The notes: generated by a model not told the origin, from the sequence alone. A DNA stretch of 64,000 nt from Eledone cirrhosa (GCA_964016885.1 OZ024740.1:188418001-188482000), one strand, 5' to 3'; counted from the stretch's first letter, positions 27,681-44,346 are shown. Program-made: numbers and translations.

Positions 27681-30244
27681 TTCTATGGACAAACTCAAGT
27701 GTGTTCTAACCTGTAGAGGGTTGGGCTCCACCAGGTTTAAAAGAGCCCTAGACAAACTGTATTTCATGAGTTATGGGGTCTTTATCCTTATGTGTGTTGA
27801 ATGTAGCATTTACAATAATTCTCATATCTTCAGCCAAATTGACACAAAATCAGTGAAATTTTACAAACGTCATTTTGTTAAAGGGCTTCATTTTGAAACC
27901 CTTGTTTAAAAGTAATCATTAGAATTTCTAAGACACATAGAATCAGTTTAAGTTTTTAAAATGTTTAAATATTGAAAGCTTGGAATGTCATGATTCTAGA
28001 ACAGACATGTCAACAATATATATTTTATATATTTTTTATTGATAAAATCTCTACTCTACCTCCATTCAATGCCATTGGTTGAGCATGTTTAACCTGATTG
28101 CATACTAAATATAAATCAATCTTATATTGAAATTTAAACTAAGTCATTTTTCTTTAAATAAGTCATCATCATAATCATCATCATTTAACATCTGTTTTCC
28201 ATGATAACAAAGGAGGGGCTCAAACCAGTCATCTTGAATTTTTAACTACATCATACAATGTTGACTACACTGATATTAACTTAGCAGTAGTAGTTTATTT
28301 TACAGATAAATAGCATTGTTATTAAGATGATTGACAACTAAACCTAGACAGTACAAATATATCATATTGAGTTCTCTCTACGGACAATGCAATACATGTC
28401 ATATTTATGTAGGATAAGTAAAGATTTTATCATGTTCATGCTTTTCCTAAATTATTTAGAAATGAATTGAAATGAGAGTTGAAATTTGGTTGTGATGTAG
28501 CTCTCTAAGAAACAAATTTAAGATTTCTTCATACCAGTATTTTTCCAAGTACATATTCACCTACACATGCAGACTCAAATATGCATAACTGCCAAAATAT
28601 ATACAGAGAAAGTGAGTGACAGTGAGTGAAAGGGTGAAAAATGAACATTGAGAAAGTGATACATTAAAAATTCTTTGTTTGAAGTCTTGTGAATAATTTA
28701 TAAAAGGAAAAACTTTTTCTCAAACTCATATATTCTGCTTTCCAAGAGACCAAGAGACACTCAAGTCTGTTTATCAAAACACAAACCTCTTTAAAATACA
28801 TTTTTCCTTTAGATTCTGTTACATAAAGGTGAGAAAATAAAGAAGAAAAATAGAAATAATGTAGTTTAAAGCCAAAGTCAAATAGAATAAATTTATTTGT
28901 TTGAACTTTCGATTTGTGCTAAACATTCTCACATTTGTCACTTCATCATAATGTTTGGTGTTTTAGAGCAAAACACTTTCTTGAAGTGTGCCCAATAAGA
29001 TGAAAGTTATTGGCCTATTTCTGCAATTTACATTATTCTAAATAGCATTGTTATATTGGTTTCTTTCCAATGATGTAACCATAAAAATATAGCTATGATT
29101 GTAGAGAGCTGCTGTTGTTGTTAGTAGTAGTGGTAGTGGTGGTAGTAGTTGTAGTAGTAGTAGTATTTCTGAAGAACTTTCTATCAAATTTCTCATTCTT
29201 CAGTTTTAATCAACCAATCTCCTCAAAGATTAAAGAATGATTTCAAAGTCAAAGCCAGCCATGATTAAAAGTTCTCCTTCTTTACTGTCGTTATAAAAGT
29301 TGAAATTAAATTTCCTCCAATGGTAATATAGTCAACAAAATATTTATATTTCTTGAATTAAAAAGAAATTTTCTTTTTAATTTTTAAAAATATATTTAAA
29401 AAGAATAGTCTGAATTAGTCACATCTGCAAATTCAAACATGTGTAGAAATTGTTAGAGCATATATTTTTAATCTAAAAGCCTGTTTTAATGGTGGCCATC
29501 CACTTATTAAATCAAAGAGCTACTTAGAGTCAAGTTGATTGATTGAAACGTATATAGTAATGTATTTTGTCAAATGTCAATGACAAAATTTGACTTCTTG
29601 ACCTCTATGTTAATAATCAATAATCGTTCATTGTACTTAATCTTCATTATACTCCATTCGCGAGAGTATAAGAAAAGTGCGTTTATTGTGAAATTAAGGG
29701 AAGGTGATGTGACAATCTTCAAAAATGTGTATCAAGTAAGAACAGAGATTTTATTGGTGGAAAGAAAATGAATCTTGTTTAGATAGATTCATAATATTTC
29801 CAAATGTGTTTAGTTTAGGTTTAATGGTTACTGAAGAGTGAAATCAACAAATCCAATAAACAGTAGGGTTACAAAACATAGATATGATTCTTGAGTGGTG
29901 AGAGAATTATCTGTTGTGTTTCATAATGTGACCTTCACCTCAGAGCTTTACAGCAAAGAAATGTTCTAATTGTGTGATAAAGTGAAGTAGGATATAAAAT
30001 TTAAGTCAAAGACTAAACTATACATACAAGAAATCAACTATATATATTTTTTATTCAAGTAGAAAGTAAGAAAGCTATCCTACTATTTAGATGATATATA
30101 CTTTTAAATTTAAAACGTGGGTTTTTGTAAAACTTATTAATTGAAACCGCTTGTTTCTTTCACATCTATAACTATTTTTGAGAAAAAGAAACTTTGCTAT
30201 AGATCATAGCAATACTTTGAAAGCAGAAGGGAACAGAAAGTTAA

Positions 30245-31046
30245 TTATATATATATGTATATATATATATAATATATATATATTATATATATATATATAT
30301 GTTATATATATTATATATATATATATATTATATATATATATATATTATATATATATATCATATTATATATATATTATATTATATTATATATATATTATAT
30401 TATATATATAATATATTATATATATAATATATTATATATATATATAATTTATTATATATATAATATATTATATATATAATATATTATATATAATATATTA
30501 TATATATAATATATTATATATAATATATATATTATATATAATATATATATTATATATAATATATATATATATATAATATATATATATATATAATATAAAT
30601 ATATATAAATATCTATTATATATATATATCTATTATATATATATATATCTATTATATATATATATCTATTATATATATATATCTATTATAAATATATATA
30701 TATCTATTATAAATATATATATATTTATTATATATATATATTTATTATATATATATATTTATTATATATATATATTTATTATATATATATATTTATTATA
30801 TATATATATTTATTATATATATATATTTATTATATATATATATTTATTATATATATATATTTATTATGTATATATATCTATTATATATATATATATATAT
30901 TTATTATATATATATATTTATTATATATATATATTTATTATATATATATATATATTATATATATTTATTATATATATGTATCTATTATATATATATATAT
31001 TATATATATATGTATCTATTATATATATATATATTATATATATATA

Positions 31047-31077
<31 letters not shown>
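30245..31077. repeat. Interrupted (TA)n microsatellite / minisatellite
   Basis: Seen directly. Confidence 0.95.
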
Positions 31078-31220
31078 GAGGTTATCACATACATAGAATT
31101 AAATTAAATTAAATCAATGATACATATAGGTGTTGCAACTGTTCACTTTTAAGCTCAATGAAGAATTAATAATATTTTAATAATATTTTAATATCTGATT
31201 GATTCTATAGACACGTTTTA

Positions 31221-31261
<41 letters not shown>

Positions 31262-31440
31262 CGGAAAAAATGAAACAAAATTTCATTTCTCACTCTTAGT
31301 ATGGCTGTTACTTAAATATAAGTATGTATACGTACATACATATATGTATACAGACGTATAGTAGTATGTATATATAAATACATACTACTGTACGTCTGTA
31401 TATATGTATGTACGTATACATACTTATATATATATATAAT

Positions 31441-31472
<32 letters not shown>

Positions 31473-31577
31473 ATATATATATAATATATATATATATATA
31501 AATATATATATAATATATATATAAATATATAAATATAATATATATATAATCTAATATATATACATATATATATATAA

Positions 31578-31648
<71 letters not shown>

Positions 31649-31721
31649 TATATGATCTAATATATATATATATAATCTAATATATATATATAATCTAATA
31701 CATATATATATATAATCTAAT

Positions 31722-31890
31722 ACATGGACACACTAGAAGAGGAATACCAAGGTTAACATATGTTGATGCCCTAAGGACAGACACTGGTCTGTTGGAGATG
31801 CAGGATATGGCAGGGATAATGAGGGACAGAGACCGCTGGAGTGAACTCGTCCATGGATCTCGGGAATTTTACCCGCCTTAGATAGATAGA
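31722..31890 (+). mobile_element. RTE/RTEX-like LINE 3' end with (TAGA)n tail, same family as 39813-40204
   Basis: Near-identical to 40037-40204 (HGHTRRG.PRLTYVDALRTDTGL...DRDRW). Confidence 0.85.
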
Positions 31891-34050
<2,160 letters not shown>

Positions 34051-34944
34051 ATATTCTGATAGCTTCTAATAACTTTCATATGTCTATCCTTGCAATATCT
34101 TGTTTGAGATATAGGTAGGATAGATTTCCATAATAAATATATAAAACATATTGTTTTTAACTTGAGATACTCTATAGTGTGTTAAAGATATTTTAATACA
34201 TTGATATTGACTGGAGTAGACATAATTTTCTCTTTTTTCAGAACGTACACATATATATACATATGTGTATCCGTATTTTTATAAATAGGATAATTTTTTA
34301 AGGTTTTAACTCAGATTTTGGTATATTGACCTCAAGGTTTTAAACTAAACATATGGTCATTATTGAACAATATTATTTTCTCATATTATATATCTATGTC
34401 TCATTCATGAATATTGATATTTACATTTTTATTATTCATTTCATAGAAATTTAACTTAATATGACATGACGTAAAGTTGTCACTATATCCTCCCCTCTCT
34501 ATATAGTACTTCCTCTCTCTTGAGTTTCTCTATCAGTATGATGAATTATTATCTCTCTGTTGCTTTCTTTTGTCTTTCTTATTTCTTTCTTGTTTCTTTC
34601 TTTTTCAATTCCTCCTATCTATTTTTATATATATCTTCCTTTTCTCTCTCTCCTTCTTTTTTATTTCTCCTTCTTTATCTCCGTTTTTCATTTCTCTCCG
34701 TCTTTTTTCTAACTGTGCTTAACACTACAACTAATAAAATAATTATAAACATATCACTATCCAGACAGCTTCCAAAAGTAATGGTCGCTTTTAATAGGGT
34801 ACGTCAAAATTATTTATAAAACTGTTTATATATTGTATTTTGTCAGATGAGGGCATACCATATTTTAATTTGGTATCCCTGAAATATGTATAATGAAATA
34901 AATATGGTTTTATAAATATAGTTTCCATTTATTTAATATCATAG

Positions 34945-35735
34945 ATAATATATATATATATATATAATATATATAAATAATATATATATATATATAATAT
35001 ATATAAATAATATATATATAATATATATATATAATATATATATATAATATATATATAATATATATATATAATATATATATAATATATATATAATATATAA
35101 TATATGATATTTATATATAATATATATATATAATATATAATATATATATATAATATATATAAATATATAATATATATATAATTATATATATAATATGTAT
35201 ATATAAAATATATATATAATATATATATATAATATATATATAATATATATATATAATATATAATTATATAATATATATATATATAATATATATATAATAT
35301 ATATATATAATATGTATATATAAAATATATATATAATATATATATATAATATATATATATAATATATATTTATATGATATATATATATATATAACATATA
35401 TATATAATATATATATATAATATATATATATAATATATATATATAATATATATATATAATATATATATATAATATATATATAACATATATATATATATAA
35501 TATATATATAACATATATATATATATAATATATATATAACATATATATATATATAATAAATATATATATAATATATATATATATAATATATATATATAAT
35601 ATATGTATATATGATATATAATATATATATATATAATATATATATATATAATATATATTTATATAATATATAATATATATAATATATATATAATATTTGT
35701 ATATATAATATATACATAATATATGTATATATAAA

Positions 35736-35773
<38 letters not shown>

Positions 35774-35774
35774 A

Positions 35775-35818
<44 letters not shown>
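34945..35818. repeat. Interrupted (TA)n tract
   Basis: Seen directly. Confidence 0.95.
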
Positions 35819-35819
<1 letters not shown>

Positions 35820-36023
35820 GTTTTAATATAGATGAGATTCTACAGGACTAGAACTGTTTCATTCTTTAGAAATCATCAGGAATCGTGATGATTCCTGATG
35901 ATTTCTAAAGAATAAAACAGTTCTAGTCCTGTAGAATCTCATCTATATTAAAACTTTTATACTCTGCAATGTATTGAGTACCTTACTTACTGTGGTTACC
36001 TCCGATTCAACCCGGAATAACGT
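35819..36023. mobile_element. Penelope-like pLTR fragment with an inverted duplication carrying two hammerhead motifs
   Basis: 66-bp arms 35819-35884 and 35890-35955 with one mismatch; 35890-36023 matches 37045-37180. Confidence 0.75.
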
Positions 36024-36155
36024 ATATATATAATATATGTATATATAATATATATATATATAATATATATATAAAATTTGTATATATAATATATACATAA
36101 TATATGTATATATAATATATATATATGTATATATATATATATAATATATACATAA

Positions 36156-36203
<48 letters not shown>

Positions 36204-36215
36204 TTATAATATATG

Positions 36216-36254
<39 letters not shown>

Positions 36255-36266
36255 TTATAATATATG

Positions 36267-36310
<44 letters not shown>

Positions 36311-36917
36311 TATATAATATATATATATATAATATTTATATAATATATATATATATAATATTTATATAATATATATATATATAATATATATATGTATAAC
36401 ATATATATGTATAATATATATATGTATAATATATATATATAATATATATATATATATATAATATAATATATATATATAATATATATATAATATATACATA
36501 TATAATATTTATATAATATATATATATATAATATATATATGTATAATATATATATATATAATATATATATGTATAATATATATATATATAATATATATAT
36601 ATATATATAATATATATATAATATATGTATATATAATACATATATATATATAATATTTATATAATATATATATATATAATATATATATGTATAATATATA
36701 TATATAATATATATATATATAATATAATATATATATATATAAAATATATATATATAATATATATATAATATATATATAATATATAATATATATATAATAT
36801 ATAGTATATGTATAATATATATATATAATATATATATAATATATATATAATATATAGTATATGTATAATATATATATATAATATATATATAATATAATAT
36901 ATATATATATAATATAA
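36024..36917. repeat. Interrupted (TA)n tract
   Basis: Seen directly. Confidence 0.95.
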
Positions 36918-37030
36918 TAACGAAGGAAATGTGGTAAGGAACCAGGTGGACCATAACGCACCAAAGTACTCAATACTTAGGGTAGTAGAGTGGGTAATAG
37001 GAACGAGGAGGACCCCGACGGCGGAGCTCA
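36918..37030 (-). repeat. Dispersed pLTR-tail-like repeat (copy of 21923-22008, extended)
   Basis: Direct sequence match to 21923-22008. Confidence 0.6.
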
Positions 37031-37040
37031 TATATATATT

Positions 37041-37097
37041 ATGAGATTCCTGATGAATTCTAAAGAATGAAACAGTTCTAGTCCTGTAGAATCTCAT
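37041..37097 (+). ncRNA. Type I hammerhead ribozyme, apparently intact
   Basis: Stem I atgagattc/gaatctcat (9 bp); core CTGATGA at 37050-56; stem II attc-taaa-gaat; GAA; stem III acag-ttctagtc-ctgt; GUA cleavage triplet, cut after 37088. Confidence 0.85.
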
Positions 37098-37196
37098 CTA
37101 TATTAAAACTTTTATACTCTGCAATGTATTGAGTACCTTGATTTACTGTGGTTACCTCCGATTCAACCCGGAATAACGTATATATATATATATATT

Positions 37197-37806
<610 letters not shown>

Positions 37807-37884
37807 ATATTTACTAAGACGTAAAATAAGAAAATATCTTTTAAAAAAAAAATTTTTTTAAATTTTTTACTTATTTAAATTTTC

Positions 37885-37966
37885 ACTCCAACTAATTAGT
37901 TTCTGCAATGGGATAAAGACAGTTACATAATCCAACTGTCGAGAATTCATTGCGTCATCAGGGAGT
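37885..37966 (-). ncRNA. Type I hammerhead ribozyme, unit 1
   Basis: Minus strand: actcc-CTGATGA-c-gcaatg...(gacagtt/aactgtc inner hairpin)...cattgc-a-GAA-actaattagt(palindrome)-t-ggagt. Cleavage triplet is GUU; the first stem II pair is a C.A mismatch. Confidence 0.75.
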
Positions 37967-38438
37967 CTATTCTCAGCTGAGCCTCCAGGCAATGCGCGGA
38001 CACTGGCGGCTCATATAAAAATAATAATTCGGTAGAAAGAACAGCTAGGCGAGGACTGGATTCTATGTACTGAAATTCTCACTGCTTCCAGTCAAATGGC
38101 CGATTCTAAAGAATCAATCACGTGACATAGAGGCCAGTTAGAAGGAATGGGATGGTAAGATGACTGACGCCTACTAACACCCCAAAAAAAATTTTGAAGT
38201 GGTCTTGGCAGGTTTGCTCGACAAATCAGTGATTTGGAGATAAATATAGATAATTTAATATATCAACTAACATAGGCGCACAGATGTACGTCCATGCCAG
38301 CAAATACACAGGTTATGTCATAGTACCTAGGTGGTTCAATGCAGGAGGGTGCAGAACAATAATATAAAAGACGTAAAATAAGAAAATATCTTTTAAAAAA
38401 ATTTAAAAAAAATTTTTTACTTACTTACTTAAATTTTC

Positions 38439-38520
38439 ACTCCAACTAATTAGTTTCTGCAATGGAATAAAGACAGTTACATAATCCAACTGTCGAGAAT
38501 TCATTGCGTCATCAGGGAGT
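38439..38520 (-). ncRNA. Type I hammerhead ribozyme, unit 2
   Basis: Same motif as 37885-37966, offset by 554 nt. Confidence 0.75.
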
Positions 38521-39032
38521 CTATTCTCAGCTGAGCCTCCAGGCAATGCGCGGACACTGGCGGCTCATATAAAAATAATAATTCGGTAGAAAGAACAGCT
38601 AGGCGAGGACTGGATTCTATGTACTGAAATTCTCACTGCTTCCAGTCAAATGGCCGATTCTAAAGAATCAATCACGTGACATAGAGGCCAGTTAGAAGGA
38701 ATGGGATGGTAAGATGACTGACGCCTACTAACACCCCAAAACAAATTTTGAAGTGGTTTTGGCAGGTTTGCTCGACAAATCAGTGATTTGGAGATAAATA
38801 TAGATAATTTAATATATCAACTAACATAGGCGCACAGATGTACGTCCATGCCAGCAAATACACAGGTTATGTCATAGTACCTAGGTGGTTCAATGCCTAG
38901 GTGGTTGCCTTAACACCGTATGGCATAAATTCAGGCTGATCAGTTTGTTTACAAACGAACAAAGCGGCGTTATAATAAGCGTCCGCTAAACTGATGCGTG
39001 CATATATGTATGTGTACCTGTATGTATATGTG

Positions 39033-39106
<74 letters not shown>

Positions 39107-39231
39107 TGCTACTGTACGTCTGTATACATATATGTATGTACGTATACATACATACTTACATTTAAGTAAGTGCCACACTAAGAGTGAGAAATGAAATTTC
39201 GTTTTCATTTTATTTCAACTTATATATATAT

Positions 39232-39285
<54 letters not shown>

Positions 39286-39362
39286 CATATATATTATATA
39301 TATATATATATATTATATATACATATATATTATATATATATATATATATTATATATATATAT

Positions 39363-39408
<46 letters not shown>

Positions 39409-39472
39409 ATATATATATTATATATATATATAATATATATATATATATTATATATATATATTATATATATAT

Positions 39473-39663
39473 GAAATCATATCCGCTCTCTTGTTCTGGA
39501 ACCCTGACTCCAGCCTGACTAGGAGTAGGAAGCTGTCATTCCCTGACGTTATCTCTAGGGATACGGGAATCAGTAGACAGGACCTGGGGACAGCGATGGG
39601 GGACAGGGAATTCTGGGCATGAGAGTGAGATCCGTCATCTCAACAGTAGTCGACGAATGATGA
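39473..39663 (+). mobile_element. 3' end of another RTE/RTEX-like LINE family
   Basis: EIISALLFWNP...RKLSFPDVISRDTG....LGTAMGDREFW; ends in gatgatga and sits inside (TA)n. Confidence 0.7.
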
Positions 39664-39667
39664 TATA

Positions 39668-39762
<95 letters not shown>

Positions 39763-39768
39763 ATATAT

Positions 39769-39800
<32 letters not shown>

Positions 39801-39812
39801 ATTATATATATC

Positions 39813-40203
39813 TTGGTATCTCACTCAGATGGTTGCTACACGATGGGTGCTACACGAGAATGCTGAGGATGTCTCTGAACATTAATCAGTATACACTGAG
39901 GATGAAAAACTCAGAGCTGTATGGGAGCATCCCAAAAGTCAGCTCAAAAGTGACACAGAGGAGACTGAGGTTAGCTGGACATGCTCACCCACATCCAGAG
40001 TTGACATTGCACTCAGTGCTTCTTTGTGAGCCGCTACATGGACACACTAGAAGAGGAAGACCAAGGTTAACGTATGTTGATGCCCTAAGGACAGACACTG
40101 GTCTGTTGGAGACGCAGGACATGGCAGCGATAATGAGGGACAGAGACCGCTGGAGAGAACTCGTACATGGATCTCGGGAATTTTACCCGCCTTAGATAGA
40201 TAG

Positions 40204-40204
<1 letters not shown>
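39813..40204 (+). mobile_element. RTE/RTEX-like LINE 3' fragment
   Basis: DGCYTRMLRMSLNI...ELYGSIPKVSSKVTQRRLRLAGH...RGRPRLTYVD...DRDRWRELV; (TAGA)n tail. Confidence 0.85.
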
Positions 40205-40249
<45 letters not shown>

Positions 40250-40281
40250 ATTATATATATATATATATTATATATATATAT

Positions 40282-40313
<32 letters not shown>

Positions 40314-40404
40314 ATTATATATATATATTATATATATATATATATATTATATATATATATATATTATATATATATATTATATATATATATTATATATATA
40401 TATG

Positions 40405-40436
<32 letters not shown>

Positions 40437-41733
40437 TCACACCTACTTGCTCTATCTCTTAAAATTAAAGGTTTTGCTCCCACATAGCTGTATACATATA
40501 GTATACGAACTTAAACTAGAGCTAACAGACAGCAATGAAAGACAGAAGTGTATGAGAAATACATTTTAGACAAACACCTATTACTTGCATTGCACCTAGT
40601 TTTATAACACCAGAAAAGAAAACTCTAATTTTATACCAGCAAAGAGAGCCACTATGTCTCCAGAGTATTCAACATTTCAGTTATATTCCTATAATATTCT
40701 GACTCCTAATTTTGTTGAAAAAGATTAGAGTCGAGATGAAAAAAGACAACATTAGTTCTGATGTGAATAAATTAAAAGTAAAACTTTGTAGACATATTTA
40801 TCACCGTATGATGTTACAATATTTTATAATGTTTTCATAACTTTTCTTTTATCATTTATTTCATTGTGTGAAAAATGAACCAGACTTCTTTCAAAGAAAA
40901 AAGATTAATTATACAAAGATTTATGAAAATATGCATAAATTTTGAGTGAGATGGTGGTTGAGAGTGAGAGGATGGTGAGAGTGAGAGGATTGTGAGAGAG
41001 AGGAGGGTGAGATGGAGAGGGTGAGAGAGAGAGAGAGAATAAGACTTTTAGAATTAAAAAACATTCATGTGAAAAGAATAGTTTAAACAATATCAAGTTT
41101 TCTTTCTGTACACAGAAACAACAAAGGGGTAACCTCCATACATGTTGGTGACGTTTATCTTTCTTACAAAATGTTCTTCCACTAAAATAAATCTTGCGAG
41201 AATAGAGATATGGTATTGGTTTCTACTATCCATGTTAGATAGTTATATAGCAGGCTGCCATTTCAGGTAATCCTCCACATTTAACTAGGGAAACATACAC
41301 ACACACTCATGCAAGTGCACATGCCTCCCCACCTCATTGTTCAAATTTCTATTTTATGTTCACAGAATTTATGATATAGTATAAATTATTTGTTGTTCAG
41401 TTAGTGCCTAAATCAATGGAGTTTTGCATGTACTTAAACTTATGATTGATATTGGTAATAAAGAGAGTTAATATGATTATAAGTTTGTTGAGAATGGTTA
41501 TAACAATCATACCAAAATGAACCCATATTCAAGAATTGTGTAATAAACTTTGTTTGAATGTATATGGTTGTTTTACTCTTAGTTTTGACATCTCTTGCTT
41601 ATTTTGGATACCTTTTCTCTTTAGTGTAAATAAGGTTAAGGCATTCTTGTGTTATATTGTGCTTAGACATAGTATATGTTCCCTTTTAATTTGGTATAGT
41701 AAAATTGTATTTGTTTCTAAAGCACAGAATAAT

Positions 41734-41919
41734 TGTTTCTACTTTTGGCACAAGGCCAGCAATTACTCCAGTGCATTACTGGTGCTTTATTTTATCGACC
41801 CCATAAGGATAAAAGGCAAAGCCAACCTCAGTGGGATTTGAACTCAGAACGTAAAGGCTATAACTCTATACTGCAAAGCAAGGTGCCTGATGCTCTACTG
41901 ACACTACCAATCCACCGTC
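41734..41919 (-). mobile_element. SINE family A with a 17-bp target-site duplication
   Basis: ctaaagcacagaataat occurs at 41717-41733 and 41920-41936; tRNA-like head with B box gagttcaaatcc on the minus strand. Confidence 0.85.
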
Positions 41920-43269
41920 CTAAAGCACAGAATAATAAAAGACAGTAGCCATCTGTTCTACATTTTTGATCAGGGTGTTAGATCAAGACCAAGTTTCACA
42001 GTAATTCTACAAATTAATAAAATGTAATTTCATTCCAGCCCGACTGCACCATTTAGCAACAGATAAAAAATGTTAAGGAGATAAATCGTTTCCATGATAG
42101 AATATTCAATATCTTTCGTTTGTTCTGAGCCCTCCAATCCTACAAAAATAAGCATAGATTTAGTTTCTTTAGAAATATGTATACAGATAGAAACATGGTT
42201 TACTTATCATTTAACTATCAAATTAACTTGGTAATTGAATGTAGATTCTAAATATTGCATTAATATTTCTATTGTTAGAGAGAAGTTATCAACTTCATTT
42301 AGTCCATACAGCAAGCTATATATCTTAACCATTATCCACACTTGCCATTGTGTTCAGAAACAAAACCAATCATACTGCACATTCCTTCACCTCCTGATAT
42401 TGTTTATGATTCTATGTTGTAAAATGACCTGTTTTAAAGCATTCATCCTGATCATTATCTTATGTTTTTGTAAAAAACTTAATTTATTTACTATATATAT
42501 ATTATGATAATTTTAGTACTTCCCTTCCTCAAATAAAAAACAAAAAAACTACAATATATTGTTTTTACCTATCTGTAGGTTTTCTATATATATCTTTGTC
42601 TCTTTCTTCATTTATCCCATCTCCCATTCACTTGAGATTTGCTTAACAAATGGTTTGTTACTAAAGCCTAGAAAATGCATTGAGTTAAAACCTATACAAC
42701 TCAGTTTATATTTCATGAAATTGTACACACAACTCCATTCTCCTTTATTCTGTATTTATCTCTCTTACTGTCTACCCATATTGGCATAAATCTCAATTTC
42801 CAAATAAGCTTAAACATCAATTATTAATCTTATACATATATCATTGTATATCCGAATCAATTTTATTTGGATATTTTTTTAGTTTTAAATATGATCTGCT
42901 ATATTCAGTAAAGTATTTTTCCTTAAACCAATGCTGAAGCCCTTTCAACAATTAAAAAAGATAAATATTTATAAGATAACGCAATACAACCTTATGTAGC
43001 ATTAAAAATGTCTTTTCTAAAGAATTTCTTTCTGTTATCTTTTAAACCATGCTCCTACTACATTTTGTATCAACTGTTTCCTATGCTTTTCAGTTTAATG
43101 TATATCATGTAATTTGATTATAATTAGCAATCTTTGTTTTAATATGCCATTTGTTTTTCTGAAAAATTCCAATATTACACAGAATAAATAAATAAAAAAT
43201 TAGTAAAGTCACACTTCATCATTTAGTTAGATAGAAGGACTGAAAAATATTATTTTAATAATTAAATTT

Positions 43270-43481
43270 CAAGTATCAAGCAGAAGGGATTGAATGGGGG
43301 CTATCACCCCTAGGCAAAAGATTTCCACTGGCATAACATGAATGTTAATATATTTTACAATTGTTAAGTTTGGAAGAAACGGAAGAGCCCATGGCCTTCA
43401 CAGGCATAGATAAGTGCCGTTAGGTGAGGGCACCAAATATGTATTTTGCCCCAGGTGTTGAAAACTGTAGATATGCTACTG
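43270..43481. mobile_element. Possible degenerate hAT-like MITE
   Basis: Right end ttgccccaggtg...tagatatgctactg resembles the reverse complement of CAGTGGCGTATCTA termini; left side gggggctatcacccctaggc. Confidence 0.35.
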
Positions 43482-44273
43482 ATCTTGTGTTGCAGGTGCT
43501 CTTATGGCAATTCTTCTGCTATAATCTTCAGTCAACCCCAATTTACCATTTCTCCTTCATCCTTCCACCATTTTGCTTGTAACTTTAGTTTAGTTTGTAT
43601 ATTCTTTTCTCAAACAAACATAGCTATTAACTATATCAATTTCTGGAATTGTTAATCCTTTTAGTATCAAAAAGTCTTGAATGGTTCTGTGATACAAATC
43701 TATTTACAGTTCTTATATTGATCTAAAGCCCTTCCATTTTAATTTTACATAAGCACCTTTTTATTAAAAGTTATGACTTTTTTAATAAGTTATTTTATTT
43801 AATTAAAAGCCCTTTTATTAAATTCCTTTAAAATCGTGATTATTCTCCACATTATGCGAAAGTCATGAGCGATTGGAAATATAGTAATGAAAGTGTTAAT
43901 AGGTTATCAATTTCTAGGTAGTTTCTACTGGCATAAAATGTTTCAATTGTCAACTTGAGCATGATGGCTGAATTATTTAAGATGTGGAACAGAAAGACAT
44001 CCATTTCTAACTATACTATCAATCTATTTTGATTTGATGGGCCATCCAACCTTTTCTATATAGAGTAGCTGAAAAAAAAAAATGAACAAAAAAATATCAA
44101 TATATATTTGTTGTAAACTGTTACAGATTTGGTTCTTTTTTTTTCATCTCAATAAAAATTAAGTGTAACATTTAGTTTTTGCACAACTTTGAATTTCACT
44201 GTTATAGTCTCATCAATCACAAATGAAATGAAACATCTGTGTTAAAATTTACATTTTTTGTTGTTTATTTCAG

Positions 44274-44346
44274 ATGGTGAATATCCTACAAGGGATTATC
44301 CTAGCACTGACATATTCTATACATCTAAGCAATGCCGTAAATCCAG
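44274..44346 (+). CDS. First coding exon: signal peptide MVNILQGIILALTYSIHLSNA-VNP, phase-1 donor
   Basis: Acceptor ttttttgttgtttatttcag directly precedes ATG; donor CAG|gtaatg; 73 nt; hydrophobic core with an S-N-A cleavage motif. Confidence 0.7.

Larger units (their letters stand above)
37816..38896 (-). repeat. Tandem about 553-bp non-coding repeat (two near-identical units) with one hammerhead per unit; retrozyme or Penelope pLTR-like
   Basis: Unit 1 is 37816-38367 and unit 2 is 38368-38896; they differ by a few substitutions and indels. Confidence 0.85.

Noticed and set aside
37816-38896. Tandem repeat as the LTRs of an LTR retrotransposon or as a CRISPR array
   Set aside because: No TG..CA termini, PBS or internal region, and no repeat-spacer structure; the context is eukaryotic.
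43478-43530. Acceptor-like ctgatcttgtgttgcag followed by ATGGCAATTCTTCTGCTA
   Set aside because: The ATG frame stops after 6 codons, there is no nearby donor, and the site overlaps a probable MITE end.
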